A stretch of DNA of 63,619 nucleotides, counting the filler, from Octopus bimaculoides (Eukaryota): the NCBI RefSeq assembly GCF_001194135.2. It is 6 parts of 5 records of this genome, joined end to end, with 100 filler letters (N's around TTAATTAATTAA, not from the genome) between each part and the next. Parts side by side here need not be neighbours in the genome. Positions count along the whole stretch, not along the records: positions 47,999 to 62,283 come from NC_068982.1; positions 62,384 to 63,619 come from NC_068982.1; 4 more parts are not named here. One strand, given 5' to 3'. Of this stretch, positions 51,258 to 63,619 are shown piece after piece (position 1 is the stretch's first letter; each line of letters starts with the position of its first letter). The notes below the pieces were generated by a model. It was not told the origin of the DNA, made no database searches, and saw nothing but the letters and a program-made list of their open reading frames with translations. Made by a program: the position numbers and the translations under genes.

Positions 51258-51340
51258 ACTAATGAATGTTGCAGATGTGCATGTGTGTGAGTGTATGCAT
51301 GTCCATTCCACACAGTCACAATATGCACATCCTTTATACA

Positions 51341-51409
<69 letters not shown>

Positions 51410-52838
51410 NNNNNNNNNNAGACAGACAGACAGACAGACAGACAGATAGACAGACAGATAGATAGATAGATAGATAGATAGATAGTGTGTGTGTGTGTGT
51501 ACATGGCAATCATCATCATTATTTAATGTTTCTTTTCCATCCCAGCATGGGTTGGATGGTTTGACAGGATCTGGTGAACTGCAGGGCTGAGTTGATCTCC
51601 AATGGTAAGTGTGTGGAGTGTTAATTTACATTTGTGCTTCTCCAAAAATTGCTTGGATCCTCTCAATGATATTTTAATTCCTCCTTTCAACTGCCTGCTG
51701 TCTCAGCCCTTTGAAAGACATATGAATAATTGACCACTTATTTGCAAAACAGATTAGTAAAAGCTTCAAGGATATATTCATCTAACCCATGCTAGCATTG
51801 AAATATGGAAGTAAAAATAGACAAATATATCTGAACATATGCTATTTTTCTACACAATACTATCTACCAGTTACCACTCAAAAGGTCTTGATGAACCTAA
51901 TGATGGTCTTAGAGCATAATGCTTACATTTCAGTTTTGCAAAAGATAGTGTAAATTTTTCTTTTTTTTTTTTCAATTAGTCAGGAGGGAAAGGCAGTGCT
52001 TATGACTCTTCAGGAGACCACCAAGACTGTGGGGTGAAGGGAGGAGGGTATCCACAAATCAGAGATTTGACTGGAATGCTTGTAACAGAGAGGGCTCCAA
52101 GGACCAGATGGTGATGCTATGCAAGTCAATAGAATAAGTCTAGGATTTCAACTCAGAATGCGAAGAGTTAGAGCAAATACCACTAGGTATCTCATCTAAT
52201 GCTCATAGATTTCTGCTAGGCCATATATTTCTTGACCGCAGAAGGATGAGAGACAAAGGCAGTTGACATGGGTAACATTTGAACTCAAAATGCAAGACAC
52301 TGGAATAAATACCACAAGGTATTGTGTGCAACATTCTAGCAACCCTACCGATTTACACCCTAAGGTGCATCTTTTTGGCACCGAGTGTTACCACCATGAC
52401 CCAATCATTAGACCATGGTAGAATTGTAACCAGGCCAATGAAGTAATTTGAATAAAGTTCACATAGTAGAAGAAGACAATCTTAGTTGAGACATTAAGAG
52501 TGAAGGACATATAATGTCAAGAACTGTAACATTAAGCTTATTGAATTCAGTTTAGTAACTTTATAGAAGACACTAAAGACTGCCTACCAATGTAGTCAGT
52601 GCTTAGTAAAAACAGAGGATAGCATTAAAAGATGATTAGAAGATGCAGAGGATGACCCTGAGTATCAAGTGTTAACAGAGCAAGACATTGTGGATGATGG
52701 AGACAGTGAACCATTGCCTGATTGGTAGACATTATCAAATACAGTAATGTATTTTTGTCAGTAACCTGAGAATGTTCCTTCAACATACAAACCTTGTAGT
52801 TCCTTGAGTGTGTATGTGTGCATGGATGCACATACATG

Positions 52839-52880
<42 letters not shown>

Positions 52881-53356
52881 CACACACACACACACACAAA
52901 CTTATTTCGGTTGGGTGATCACAGAATCTACAAAAGAAAAGAACTCAATGCTATAAACAGAATAGGTATATTTAGTTTTTTATTGTCTCCTGGAAACATG
53001 ACCAGATGTGAAGATTTGTCTCAACACAAGATGAGACCACACAACAAATGAATTGTTCAAGGAAACGATCTCTACTTCATTCCTATTTACAGACGCAAAC
53101 TATACCTCTTCACTGTTTACAGTAACAACCTATACTTCATCATTGTTTACAGAAACATAGTATGTCTCATTCCTATACCTCGTCATTGCTTACAGAAAAA
53201 AACCTATACCACATCCCTGTTTACAGAAATAAGGTATGGCTCATCTGTTTACTGAAGAAATCTATGTTTCATTCTTAGCAAACCAATGAGGAATCTTCTT
53301 TACTCATCCTGCTAGAAATATTAATATCTCCCTCAATAAACACTTTAATGTTTTAA

Positions 53357-54149
53357 CCCTTTTGACATCAACCAGTTTGGAACTGCTCCCTGTTTCTATG
53401 ATTCTTTTGTTCTTTTATTCTTTTACTTGTTTCAGCCATTTTTACTGTGGCCATGCTGGAGCACCACCTTTTAGTTGAAGAAATTGACCCTGGGACTTAT
53501 TCTTTGTAAGCCTGGTACTTATTCTACCGGTCCCTTTTGGTTCAGCAAAAGAGACCAATAAGTTACAAGAGACCACTAAGTTACAAGGATGTAAACACAC
53601 CAGCATCGGGTGGACAAACACACAAATATAAACATATATATATAAACAATGGGTTTCTTTCAGTTTCCATCAACCAAATCCATTCACAAGGAGTAAGTTG
53701 ATCACATCGACCCAGCATTCAACTGGTACTTATTTTATTAACTCCAAAAGGATGAAAGACAAAGTAAAACTCAGAATGTAAACTTGGACAAAATACCGCC
53801 TAAGCATTTTTTCCAGCATGCTAATGATTCTTTTCTACTCTAGGCACAAGGCCCGAAATTTTAGCGGGAGGGGGCCAGTCGATTAGATTGACCTCAGTAC
53901 ACAACTGGTACTTAATTTATCGACCCGAAAAGGATGAAAGGCAAAGTCAACCTCAGCGGAATTTGAACTCAGAATGTAAAGACAGACGAAATACCATTAA
54001 GCATTTTACCCGGTGTGCTAACGATTCTGCCAGCTCACTGCCTTATACTGTCTTAATTATAACAGTTATTTTACTAAATTTTTTATAATATTCAAAAACT
54101 GACTGAAACAAATGAAGTGTATCTCAGTAGAATTATGGTAACAAAAGGG
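53357..54149. mobile_element. Candidate piggyBac-like MITE with nested SINEs
   Basis: TTAA-CCCTTTTG at the left end and CAAAAGGG-TTAA at the right. The interior holds one SINE tail and two tandem SINE bodies. Confidence 0.45.
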
Positions 54150-54977
54150 TTAAAGAAAGAAAAGATATTATATACTATTGTCCAAAACTACATGCTGTAA
54201 TTTATCAGACGATATAGTCATTTGTTAAAAGCACAGGCAAGTTAATCACAGTTCAACGGTCTTTTGATAAGTCAACACAACTACTGAATATCTAAAGCTA
54301 AACAATATCAAGTGTCTCCTTATGCAGTTACATGGACTAGAGCCTCCATGAGTAAGTTTCAGCATGAGAAAGACAGCTTAGTTGACAAGCCACCAAGTTG
54401 GAAACACATTTAATATTTTAGCTTCCATTCCATTAGCCTAATGACCCATCAAATAGCAGTCCTTGCATTTCTTTGTGTTCTCTGTAAATAAATGTACACT
54501 AATCAATACCTTGGAGTGAGAAGTAATTGTTAGCTTTAGAGTTTTATTAATAAATGCTACAGAGCATTCATTAATGTTTTTTTTATACACATGTGATTCT
54601 ATATAATTCTATATCTGTTTCACATACTTGTATGTTTTGGATGGTTCTAAAATTCTTGGTACTGATAAATGAATGAAGATATCCTTACCAGCTTTCTCAT
54701 TCCAATTTAATTAACACTAAAATTTAAGATGGTATTTAGTGTATAAATTGGAATATTTTATCAAATGCAGTCATTTCATTCTTGTGTTTTGTGCCAGCAA
54801 TCTGGGAATGATCCTTAGACACTGATATTTCTCCATCTGTTTTTTCTCTAATACAGTGTAAATCGCATGCACACCGACACATACATATAGATGATAGATA
54901 GATAGATGGATGGATGGATGGATGGATATATATATATATATATAGATAGATAGATAGATGGATGGATGGATGGATAT

Positions 54978-55014
<37 letters not shown>

Positions 55015-55082
55015 TAGATAGATAGATAGATAGATGGATGGATGGATGGATGGATAGATAGATAGATAGATAGATAGAGAGT

Positions 55083-55129
<47 letters not shown>

Positions 55130-55983
55130 AAGTAGTCTTGTTGTCAGCATGAAAAGTTGATTGCTTCAATTTTTTTTTATAGATATCTTCCCCAGAAAAA
55201 TAAATAAATAAATAAATAAAAGATATAAAATAAAAAAAAATCTTCATTCACATGTCTGTCTCACCTATTTTTTACCAGAGAAATGACCTAAGGTAAATTG
55301 AGTAACTGACTTACCTTCACAAAGCATAAAAAAAAAAACGAAACAAAAACAAAAAAATAACAATATAGTACTAGCGATGGGGGAGGGCGAGAATGATTTT
55401 CCCCAACTTTTGGGTCATTAGTCAAGCAACTTAACCCTTTAGCCATTGTAAAATGAGGAATTATTTTTGTTATGAAACAATGAAGAATCTGGCACAATGT
55501 ATCCATCAATGATTTCTGGATATCGTGCAGCAAAAGAATAATAGTAAATACATAAATAAATAACGTAAATAAATAATAAAAGGAATAAAAAATGAATGAC
55601 TGAATAAATAAATGCATAATCCACATACCAACATCCATGAGTCGATAGCATATTGGAAATAAATTCTTCATTATGTAAGACTGGGAAGGAAAGTGTTTTC
55701 TCATTATAGAATATTTTCTCATTGTTTAAAGTTGTTCTTATGTGTGTGATAGAATGGGTGGATGAGTGAGTGTAAGGGCGGCAGTGTGTTGTGTGAATGT
55801 TAGAGTGTTTTGCGAATGACCTGTATGTGTGAGATAAGGCATCCTTCCCACGCATATTCAAACAATATACATTCACATAACACACTCACATGCACCCACA
55901 CACATATTTGTGTGAATGTGTGTGTGTGTGTATAGATAGATAGATAGATAGAGAGATGTATATATATACATATATATGTGCAC

Positions 55984-56028
<45 letters not shown>

Positions 56029-56177
56029 TATAGCTGTGTGATATATCTTGCTTGCCAACTACATAGTTCCGGGTTCAGTCCCACTGTGTGGCACCTTGGG
56101 CAAGTATCTTCTACTATAGCCTTGGCCAACCAAATCCCTGTCAGTGGATTTGGTTAGCAGAAACTGTCATATATATG

Positions 56178-56413
56178 AAGGTGGTGAGCTGGCAGAAACG
56201 TTAGCACACCAGGCGAAATGCTTAGTGGTATTTCGTCTGCTGTTACATTCTGAGTTCAAATTCCGCTGAGGTCGACTTTGCCTTTCATCCTTTCGGAGTC
56301 GATAAATTAAGTACCAGTTACGCACTGGGGTCAATGTAATCGACTTAATCCCTTTGTCTGTCCTTGTTTGTCCCCTCTATGTTTAGCCCCTTGTGGGCAA
56401 TAAAGAAATAAGA
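56178..56413 (+). mobile_element. Abundant tRNA-like SINE (GCCTTTCATCCTTTCGG...GATAAATTAAGTACCAG core), full copy
   Basis: Head AAGGTGGTGAGCTGGCAG, B box GAGTTCAAATTC, A-rich tail. Related copies at 44534-44722 (+) and, on the minus strand, 19300-19475, 49915-50140, 50197-50402, 50628-50813 and 53690-54045. Confidence 0.85.
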
Positions 56414-56420
56414 AACTGTC

Positions 56421-56477
<57 letters not shown>

Positions 56478-56908
56478 NNNNNNNNNNNNNNNNNNNNNNN
56501 NNNNNNNNNNNNNNNNNNNNNNNNNNNNNNNNNNNNNNNNNNNNNNNNNNNNNNNNNNNNNNNNNNNNNNNNNNNNNNNNNNNNNNNNNNNNNNNNNNNN
56601 NNNNNNNNNNNNNNNNNNNNNNNNNNNNNNNNNNNNNNNNNNNNNNNNNNNNNNNNNNNNNNNNNNNNNNNNNNNNNNNNNNNNNNNNNNNNNNNNNNNN
56701 NNNNNNNNNNNNNNNNNNNNNNNNNNNNNNNNNNNNNNNNNNNNNNNNNNNNNNNNNNNNNNNNNNNNNNNNNNNNNNNNNNNNNNNNNNNNNNNNNNNN
56801 NNNNNNNNNNNNNNNNNNNNNNNNNNNNNNNNNNNNNNNNNNNNNNNNNNNNNNNNNNNNNNNNNNNNNNNNNNNNNNNNNNNNNNNNNNNNNNNNNNNN
56901 NNNNNNNN

Positions 56909-56950
<42 letters not shown>

Positions 56951-56955
<5 letters not shown>

Positions 56956-59650
56956 CCAGTGTTTGTGAGTGCTTTAGTAGTTGTATGTGAAAAATATTAG
57001 GTTTGCATGAGCATATGGGTGTAGATTTTCAAAGACATTACTTTGAATGTGGATATCTACATTTGCATATGTACGTACATGCCAATGATGTGTATGCTAG
57101 TTTATATGGAACAGGCATGCCGATTAAATAAGAAGTTTGCTTTACAATCTTGACTTTCCAAGTTCAATCCAAATAGGCAGTAACTAGGTCAAATGTTTTC
57201 TGCCATATCCTCGTATCAATCAAAGCTCTGTGAAGGGAATTTGATAAACAGAAACTGTGTCAAAGCTCTTTCAGATGGACAACCCTTGTAATTCAAATAC
57301 CAAGTTCTTTGTTCAGCTTAAGATTAAATCAAGAATATAAATGCATATTTGGCACATTTAGCCAGGACCATCTGAAGCCATAGGCACACAGGGTAGCTAC
57401 CCATGGGCCTCAAGGCTCTAAGAGTCCTAATTCTGCTCTATATATGTTGTGGCTAACTATCAATAAATATATACTACAGGGCCCAGTACAGTGGTTTGTT
57501 CAGCTTATAATGCTGCTAAGATGGCCCAGCGTCCAGCCACTATACTAATCATCAACAGGGTCTTAACATCCATTTTTCCATGCTTGCATCTATTGAGGCA
57601 GATTTTCTATGGTCAGCTGCCCTTCTTGTCACCAACCCTCAACTGTTTCTAAGTTTCCAAGGCCAGATATGATTTTGTAGAATATTGGATGTGAATGGCT
57701 TTCATTTGTAACATTCACACATATATGTGCATGCGTACACACACACGCACACACACACACACACACATGCATCCAACTCCAAACTTTCACCATTCTCCTC
57801 CAAATTTATTTCCTTGTAGACTATCGAAGCTTCTCACCTATACATACATCATGTGTGAAAATACCCTCTGGATAATATTCCTTCCATTACAGCCAAACAT
57901 TAAGCTGTTGTATATAGCCAGATCTATTGGTGACCTGCTCTCATATCAATAACTTGTGGGTTGTCGCTTCACAGATGCATTATAATAATGATGATGGTGG
58001 TGGTGGTGGTGATAGTATTAACAACAACAATAATTCTTTATTATTTCGTGAATGAAATCGCACTGATATTGACTTTGCCTTTTATCTTTTTAGGGTCAAA
58101 GAAATATGTACCAGTGTTGATGTAGTCAATTAGCCCCTGCCACACATTTTCAGGCATTGTGCATAATAACAGAAAGAATTATTTCCAGAAAAATGACTGA
58201 TAAAGTGACATTGCAAGGATAAAATTAAAGGCAGTAAAGGTTTTAGAGAATCAAACATGAGAAAACTGGCAGAGAAAATGACAGAATGACTGGAAAAGAA
58301 ATGTGCAAGTAACATTGTAGCGGTGGGAAGTTACCTTAAGCCAAGTGAGGAACCCCACACAACCAAGGATAAATGCTCCCTTCCAACAATGTTCGCTGAC
58401 CAACAGCCAGTACCCTACAGATTTATCAATACTGACACTATGAACAACAGCAAATTCTTTGCATTGAGACTCAGTTATTTCCCTACAGTACCTCACAAAT
58501 TTAGCAGTACCGCTTCTACCATCACCACCAGAAGCCTCTAGCGGTAGGATTTAGCTTTTTGCCTAACACTTTTGCTACCATATTTCTGTTGAAATATAGT
58601 ACCTTTGCTTTGTTTAATTTTTAAAATAATGAAATATTTAGTCAAATAACTTTGCTGTTATTATTATACTGGTGTTTGAAACATAAATTATCATAAAATT
58701 TTGATGGAAGATTTTAATTTAGATCAGTTTGTAATTCAGAACTAAGACCATCTCGGGCAGGTTGATTTTATAAAGGCTAAAGTTGCTATAGTACCCCACA
58801 GATTCACCATTTAGTACCAACAACAGTTAACTCTATGCAATAAGACTAACTATTAGCCTTAAGCTGTTTCCATACTCCACAGATTGACCAACATTATCAC
58901 AACCAACAGTGTGTAAGAAACAAAAACAAATAATATATATATATATGTTGTTGTACTTGGGGATGGTCATATTGCCAGTTTAGCCAATAAAAACACACGC
59001 ACTGTATATTTGGTGTTAATTTTTTTTTTTCAGCTTTATATTACATTAATCTTAATCTTAATCTTATTTCGGCCAGAGTTCTTTCGTCACACTTCTGTGA
59101 CCTCATCAGTGGTCCTTTGTTTCCTTNNNNNNNNNNNNNNNNNNNNNNNNNNNNNNNNNNNNNNNNNNNNNNNNNNNNNNNNNNNNNNNNNNNNNNNNNN
59201 NNNNNNNNNNNNNNNNNNNNNNNNNNNNNNNNNNNNNNNNNNNNNNNNNNNNNNNNNNNNNNNNNNNNNNNNNNNNNNNNNNNNNNNNNNNNNNNNNNNN
59301 NNNNNNNNNNNNNNNNNNNNNNNNNNNNNNNNNNNNNNNNNNNNNNNNNNNNNNNNNNNNNNNNNNNNNNNNNNNNNNNNNNNNNNNNNNNNNNNNNNNN
59401 NNNNNNNNNNNNNNNNNNNNNNNNNNNNNNNNNNNNNNNNNNNNNNNNNNNNNNNNNNNNNNNNNNNNNNNNNNNNNNNNNNNNNNNNNNNNNNNNNATA
59501 TATATATATATATATACATGCACCCAGTGTTTGTGAGTGCTTTAGTAGATGTATGTGAGTATATTAGGTTTGCATGAGCATGTGGGTGTAGATGTTCAAA
59601 GACATTATTTTGAATGTGGATATATACATTTGCATATGTATGTACATGCC
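56951..59650 (+). repeat. ~133 bp direct repeat (56951-57083 and 59519-59650), about 10 differences
   Basis: Both read TGC.CCCAGTGTTTGTGAGTGCTTTAGTAG...GTACATGCC and each follows a gap plus (TA)n. Confidence 0.8.
59071..59115 (-). ncRNA. Minimal hammerhead ribozyme motif
   Basis: Stem I GG(A)CCA/TGGCC, core CTGATGA (59109-59103), extra G, stem II GTCAC/GTGAC with loop AGAAGT, GAAA (59085-59082), stem III AG-AA-CT, CUC cleavage between 59076 and 59075. Confidence 0.65.
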
Positions 59651-59944
59651 CTAATAAGGGTCAAAAATTGAATAAAACTGTTCATCACTTTTATTATCTA
59701 AGAAGAAATAGTTAAATTTGACATGTTTGTATGTAAGTTTACATATTTATAAATATAGAAGCCTTTGAAAAAATAATAAAGAATTTAAAAAGTGAGAGAA
59801 TGATAAGCTATGTATTGGCAATTAGGTAAAAGACAATGTCTTTGATTCAATTCAGGAATATATTTGATTTATGTAGAAATTATTAGCCTTAAGGTTACTA
59901 TAGTACCATCAATCAACAAAGTAAATTAGCAATTAAGCAGCAAG

Positions 59945-60290
59945 CGCAGAAGGTTTGCCTTAAGTAGTAATGTACCTCACAATCATGAGGTGGTGAGTTC
60001 GATTCTCAGACTGGGCTGTGTTGTGTTCTTGAGCAAGGTGCTTTATTTCATGTTGCTCTGGTTCACTCAGCTGTAGAAATGAATTGCAATGTCACTGGTG
60101 CCAAGCTGTATTGGCCTTTGCCTTTCTCTTGGATAACATCGGTGGCATGGAAGAGAGGAGGCTGGTATGCCTGGGTGACTGCTGGTCTTCCATAAGCAAC
60201 CTTGCCCAGACTTGTACTTCGGAGGATAGATTTCTAGGTGCAATGCCATGGTCATTCATGACCAAAAAGGGGTCTTTACCCTTTTGCCTC
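59945..60290 (+). mobile_element. tRNA-derived SINE, decayed
   Basis: B box GAGTTCGATTC and CORE-like CTTGAGCAAGGTGCTTTATT...CACTCAGCTG. Confidence 0.55.
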
Positions 60291-60990
60291 ACAGATTTAT
60301 TCTTCTACCACAACAAACAACAGCGGAAGCCTTTATGGTTGATTGATCACTCAGCTTGCTAAATCTTACTCAAATCACACCTTACTGTCTTGAGTTAAGA
60401 AAGGACATATTGAGTGATGAATAGATTTTGGATATGCCAGTTGGATAAAAGATGTGATGATAATTGTCGGAATACCTCTAATTAAAGGTTCATTTAATAA
60501 TTACTGATCTGGGACTAAGAACAACAATAATGACCCAATTAGGCCAATAATGAAGTCTACACACAGTCATTAAATCTCATAGAAACAGTTACAAAATTTC
60601 CCCAAATCTAAGTGTATTATATAATATTAAAAAAAGAAAGGCTCAGATAATATAATTCTAGCTACACTAAATCTGAAAAAATAAGTGACGGTGATGTTCA
60701 CGGTTCAAATAGCTCTGATCATGGGTTTGAGCAGTCAAGATCCTATTTGGACTGAACAACATGAAAATAAGTTAGTGAAGCTTATTTCTATGTAGTTATT
60801 CATTACTACTGAGACAGCAGCCAAATCTCCCTTGTGATACACATGTTCTGTCAGCCATCTTGAAATAAGAAACAACTCATCAGGTAATGTACTCCTAGAT
60901 ACACAGTGTCTATAAAAGAAATGACTGGTCCATCCACAGTTTGAATGTCTTTGATCACAGCTGTGCTTGATCAATATTGACTTAGGATTA

Positions 60991-61039
60991 AACAACAACA
61001 ACAAAAACACAGCTGCTGCTGCTGCTGCTGCTGCTGCTG

Positions 61040-61086
<47 letters not shown>

Positions 61087-61111
61087 GCTACTACTACTAT
61101 TACTACTACTG

Positions 61112-61152
<41 letters not shown>
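60991..61152. repeat. Compound trinucleotide array (AAC)(GCT)(ACT)n
   Basis: Seen directly. Confidence 0.95.
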
Positions 61153-61153
<1 letters not shown>

Positions 61154-61276
61154 TGTTCTCCCTGCCAGTACTGTTTCAGCTCTTCCTCCTCTGACAACAT
61201 AACAGCTGCTACCTACTGATGCTACTGCTGTTGTGCAGCCACATATACATATAAGCACAAACACACATACACATAG

Positions 61277-61318
<42 letters not shown>

Positions 61319-61323
61319 AATAT

Positions 61324-61362
<39 letters not shown>

Positions 61363-62196
61363 TGATAAGCCTCAGTGAGCAGCGGTGGTTACATGTTTGT
61401 AAGGGTAGGTGTCCTGCATGCAAAGCACAGACTGTGCATCAGGCAATGATGTCTCTGCTGGCCTTAACAAGCAATTAAACTGGCAATAATGTCAGCAAGG
61501 GCCAACTAGCATCTCCATCACTGTCAAACCATTAAACCAACTGTGGCCAACACACATCTATTTAGAGCGAAACCATAGTATTTCACAAGCCACTCTTCAC
61601 TTCCTACACCTGCACGCAGAGTCAACACGGCTAACGGCAGCATCAACACCGTTACCATCATCATTGCTGGCAAGAAAATCACCATCACAGTTGCCATAGC
61701 CATCACCATCGCCATCACCAATATCATCAGTTCCCATCATCATCACCACAAGTTGGCTCCATCAGAAATGACCACCAGCCAAAGTCATTACCATTTCCCA
61801 TCAACACTGCTGTCTCAAACTTCACCACCACCACCACCACCACCACCACAGCCTCCACTGCTAGCGCCGCCGCCAAGCCAGCATCATCACTATTATTAAC
61901 AGCAACAAAGCTATTACTACTATCACTATCATTATCACCATCACCATCACCATAACTCAATATACGTTACACAAGCATCAACAACAACATTATTAGATTG
62001 AGAAACCACAGGAATTACAACAACAGCAACAACAGCATCAATCATTATAACGACATACAGACAACATTACTTACAGCGTCAATGCAAGAATATGTTATTG
62101 TTTATTTTTTACTTGTTTCAGTTATTTGACTGTGGCCATGTTGAAGCATCACCTTGAAAGGTTTTTAGTCAAACATATTAACTGAAAGAAGCTTAT

Positions 62197-62283
<87 letters not shown>

Positions 62284-62383
62284 NNNNNNNNNNNNNNNNN
62301 NNNNNNNNNNNNNNNNNNNNNNNNNNNTTAATTAATTAANNNNNNNNNNNNNNNNNNNNNNNNNNNNNNNNNNNNNNNNNNNN

Positions 62384-62944
62384 CTTGCATTGAAATCTCC
62401 CAAAATGACCAGCTTGTCAGAAATTGGTACTTTCCTCAATAATCTTGCTAGATTGTCATAAAACTGTCCCACAGTTTCCTCAGAATGGGACATTGTTGGT
62501 GCATAAATACTGACAACGGTAAGAAACCTACCTTTTGTCAGTTTGATACGGCATGACATGATCCGGTCAGATATACCACTTGGAAGCTCTGCAATGGAGG
62601 ACACTAATGTATTCTTGAGAGCAAACCCAACACCAGATTCTCTACGCTGACCCTTAGGTAGGCCTTTCCAGAAGATAGTATATCCATAAGCAGATTCCAT
62701 TACTTGACCCTCACCAGAGAGGCGAGTTTCAGAGAGAGCAACTATATCAAGAGAATATTTCTTTAGCTCACACGCAATAAGTGCAGTACGCCTTTCTGGC
62801 CTCTTCGTGAAATTATCATCAAGAAGTGTGCGCACATTCCAACAGCCAAAATTCAAACGATGTTTATTTTTACTTTTTCTTGAGGACTGTTTGACCACAG
62901 TGGCAGGATGACGACCGGGTCCAGCCTGTGATACACTGGGACAC
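62384..62944 (-). mobile_element. RTE (BovB-like) LINE AP endonuclease domain, uninterrupted
   Basis: LNFGCWNVRTLLD...RPERRTALIA.EL...DIVALSETRL...GYTIFWKG...GVGFA...DRIM...SIYAPT...ILGDFNA. No stops; gaps on both sides. Confidence 0.92.
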
Positions 62945-63619
62945 NNNNNNNNNNNNNNNNNNNNNNNNNNNNNNNNNNNNNNNNNNNNNNNNNNNNNNNN
63001 NNNNNNNNNNNNNNAATAAAAAAAATAAATAAAAAAATAAAAAATATATATATATAAATAAAATATAAAAGATAAAAAATAGTATATATATAAAATTAAA
63101 ATTATTCATATATACATATTTACAGACATTCACACACATATACACACCCATACATATATATATATATATACATATTTACAGACATTTTGTTGGATGGTCG
63201 TTGACTGTTCAGGAGTTCATCCGCCCTTTGACAGGTCTTATTTTTCGTCCTGCAGGGTGTCCAACAACACCCTCCTCACCAAGCAAGCCTGGTGGGGTTG
63301 CCAGTTTAGTCGCCGACGACCCGACCATGCAACAGGTTGTACTGGATTACATGTTACCAGTAGCACTGAAGAGCGACCTGACATATATATATATATATAC
63401 ATACATCATCATCATCATCATCATCATCCTGACATATATATATATATATATACATACATATACATAGATACGGCAGTGGTGGTGATGGTGGTGGTGGTGA
63501 TGATGACAACGATGACGAAAGTTGACAAGTTGAGCATGGAAAGTGGACGTTAAAACAATGGTGGTGGTGGTGGTGGTGGTGGTGGTGGTGAATGTGATGA
63601 TGATGATGACGATGACAGT

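Noticed and set aside
63340-63380. CTGAAGAGCGACC just before a (TA)n tract
   Set aside because: No GAAA or stem III visible, and no valid type III register upstream.

Overview
AT-rich (non-coding parts), microsatellite-dense eukaryotic scaffold with many N gaps. The repeat content (tRNA-derived SINEs with internal (TA)/(CA) tracts, RTE LINEs, Penelope-like elements, mariner MITEs) and an intronless sialin-like gene suggest an Octopus genome; this is inference, not a database match. Two intact protein-coding genes are supported, both on the minus strand with no intron in the CDS: an 11.3 kb USP34 deubiquitinase (20781-32066, 3761 aa) and an SLC17/sialin-like transporter (38919-40385, 488 aa). 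Most other ORFs in the track are microsatellite or gap artefacts, or transposon fragments. Manual folding found five hammerhead ribozyme motifs plus one decayed remnant. Two are full-length type I folds with a distal stem I and long stem II (804-887, 6227-6314); three are minimal, Penelope-type motifs. All folds and alignments were done by eye. Five 100-bp spacers (44 N + TTAATTAATTAA + 44 N) are assembly artefacts, so adjacency across them is unreliable.
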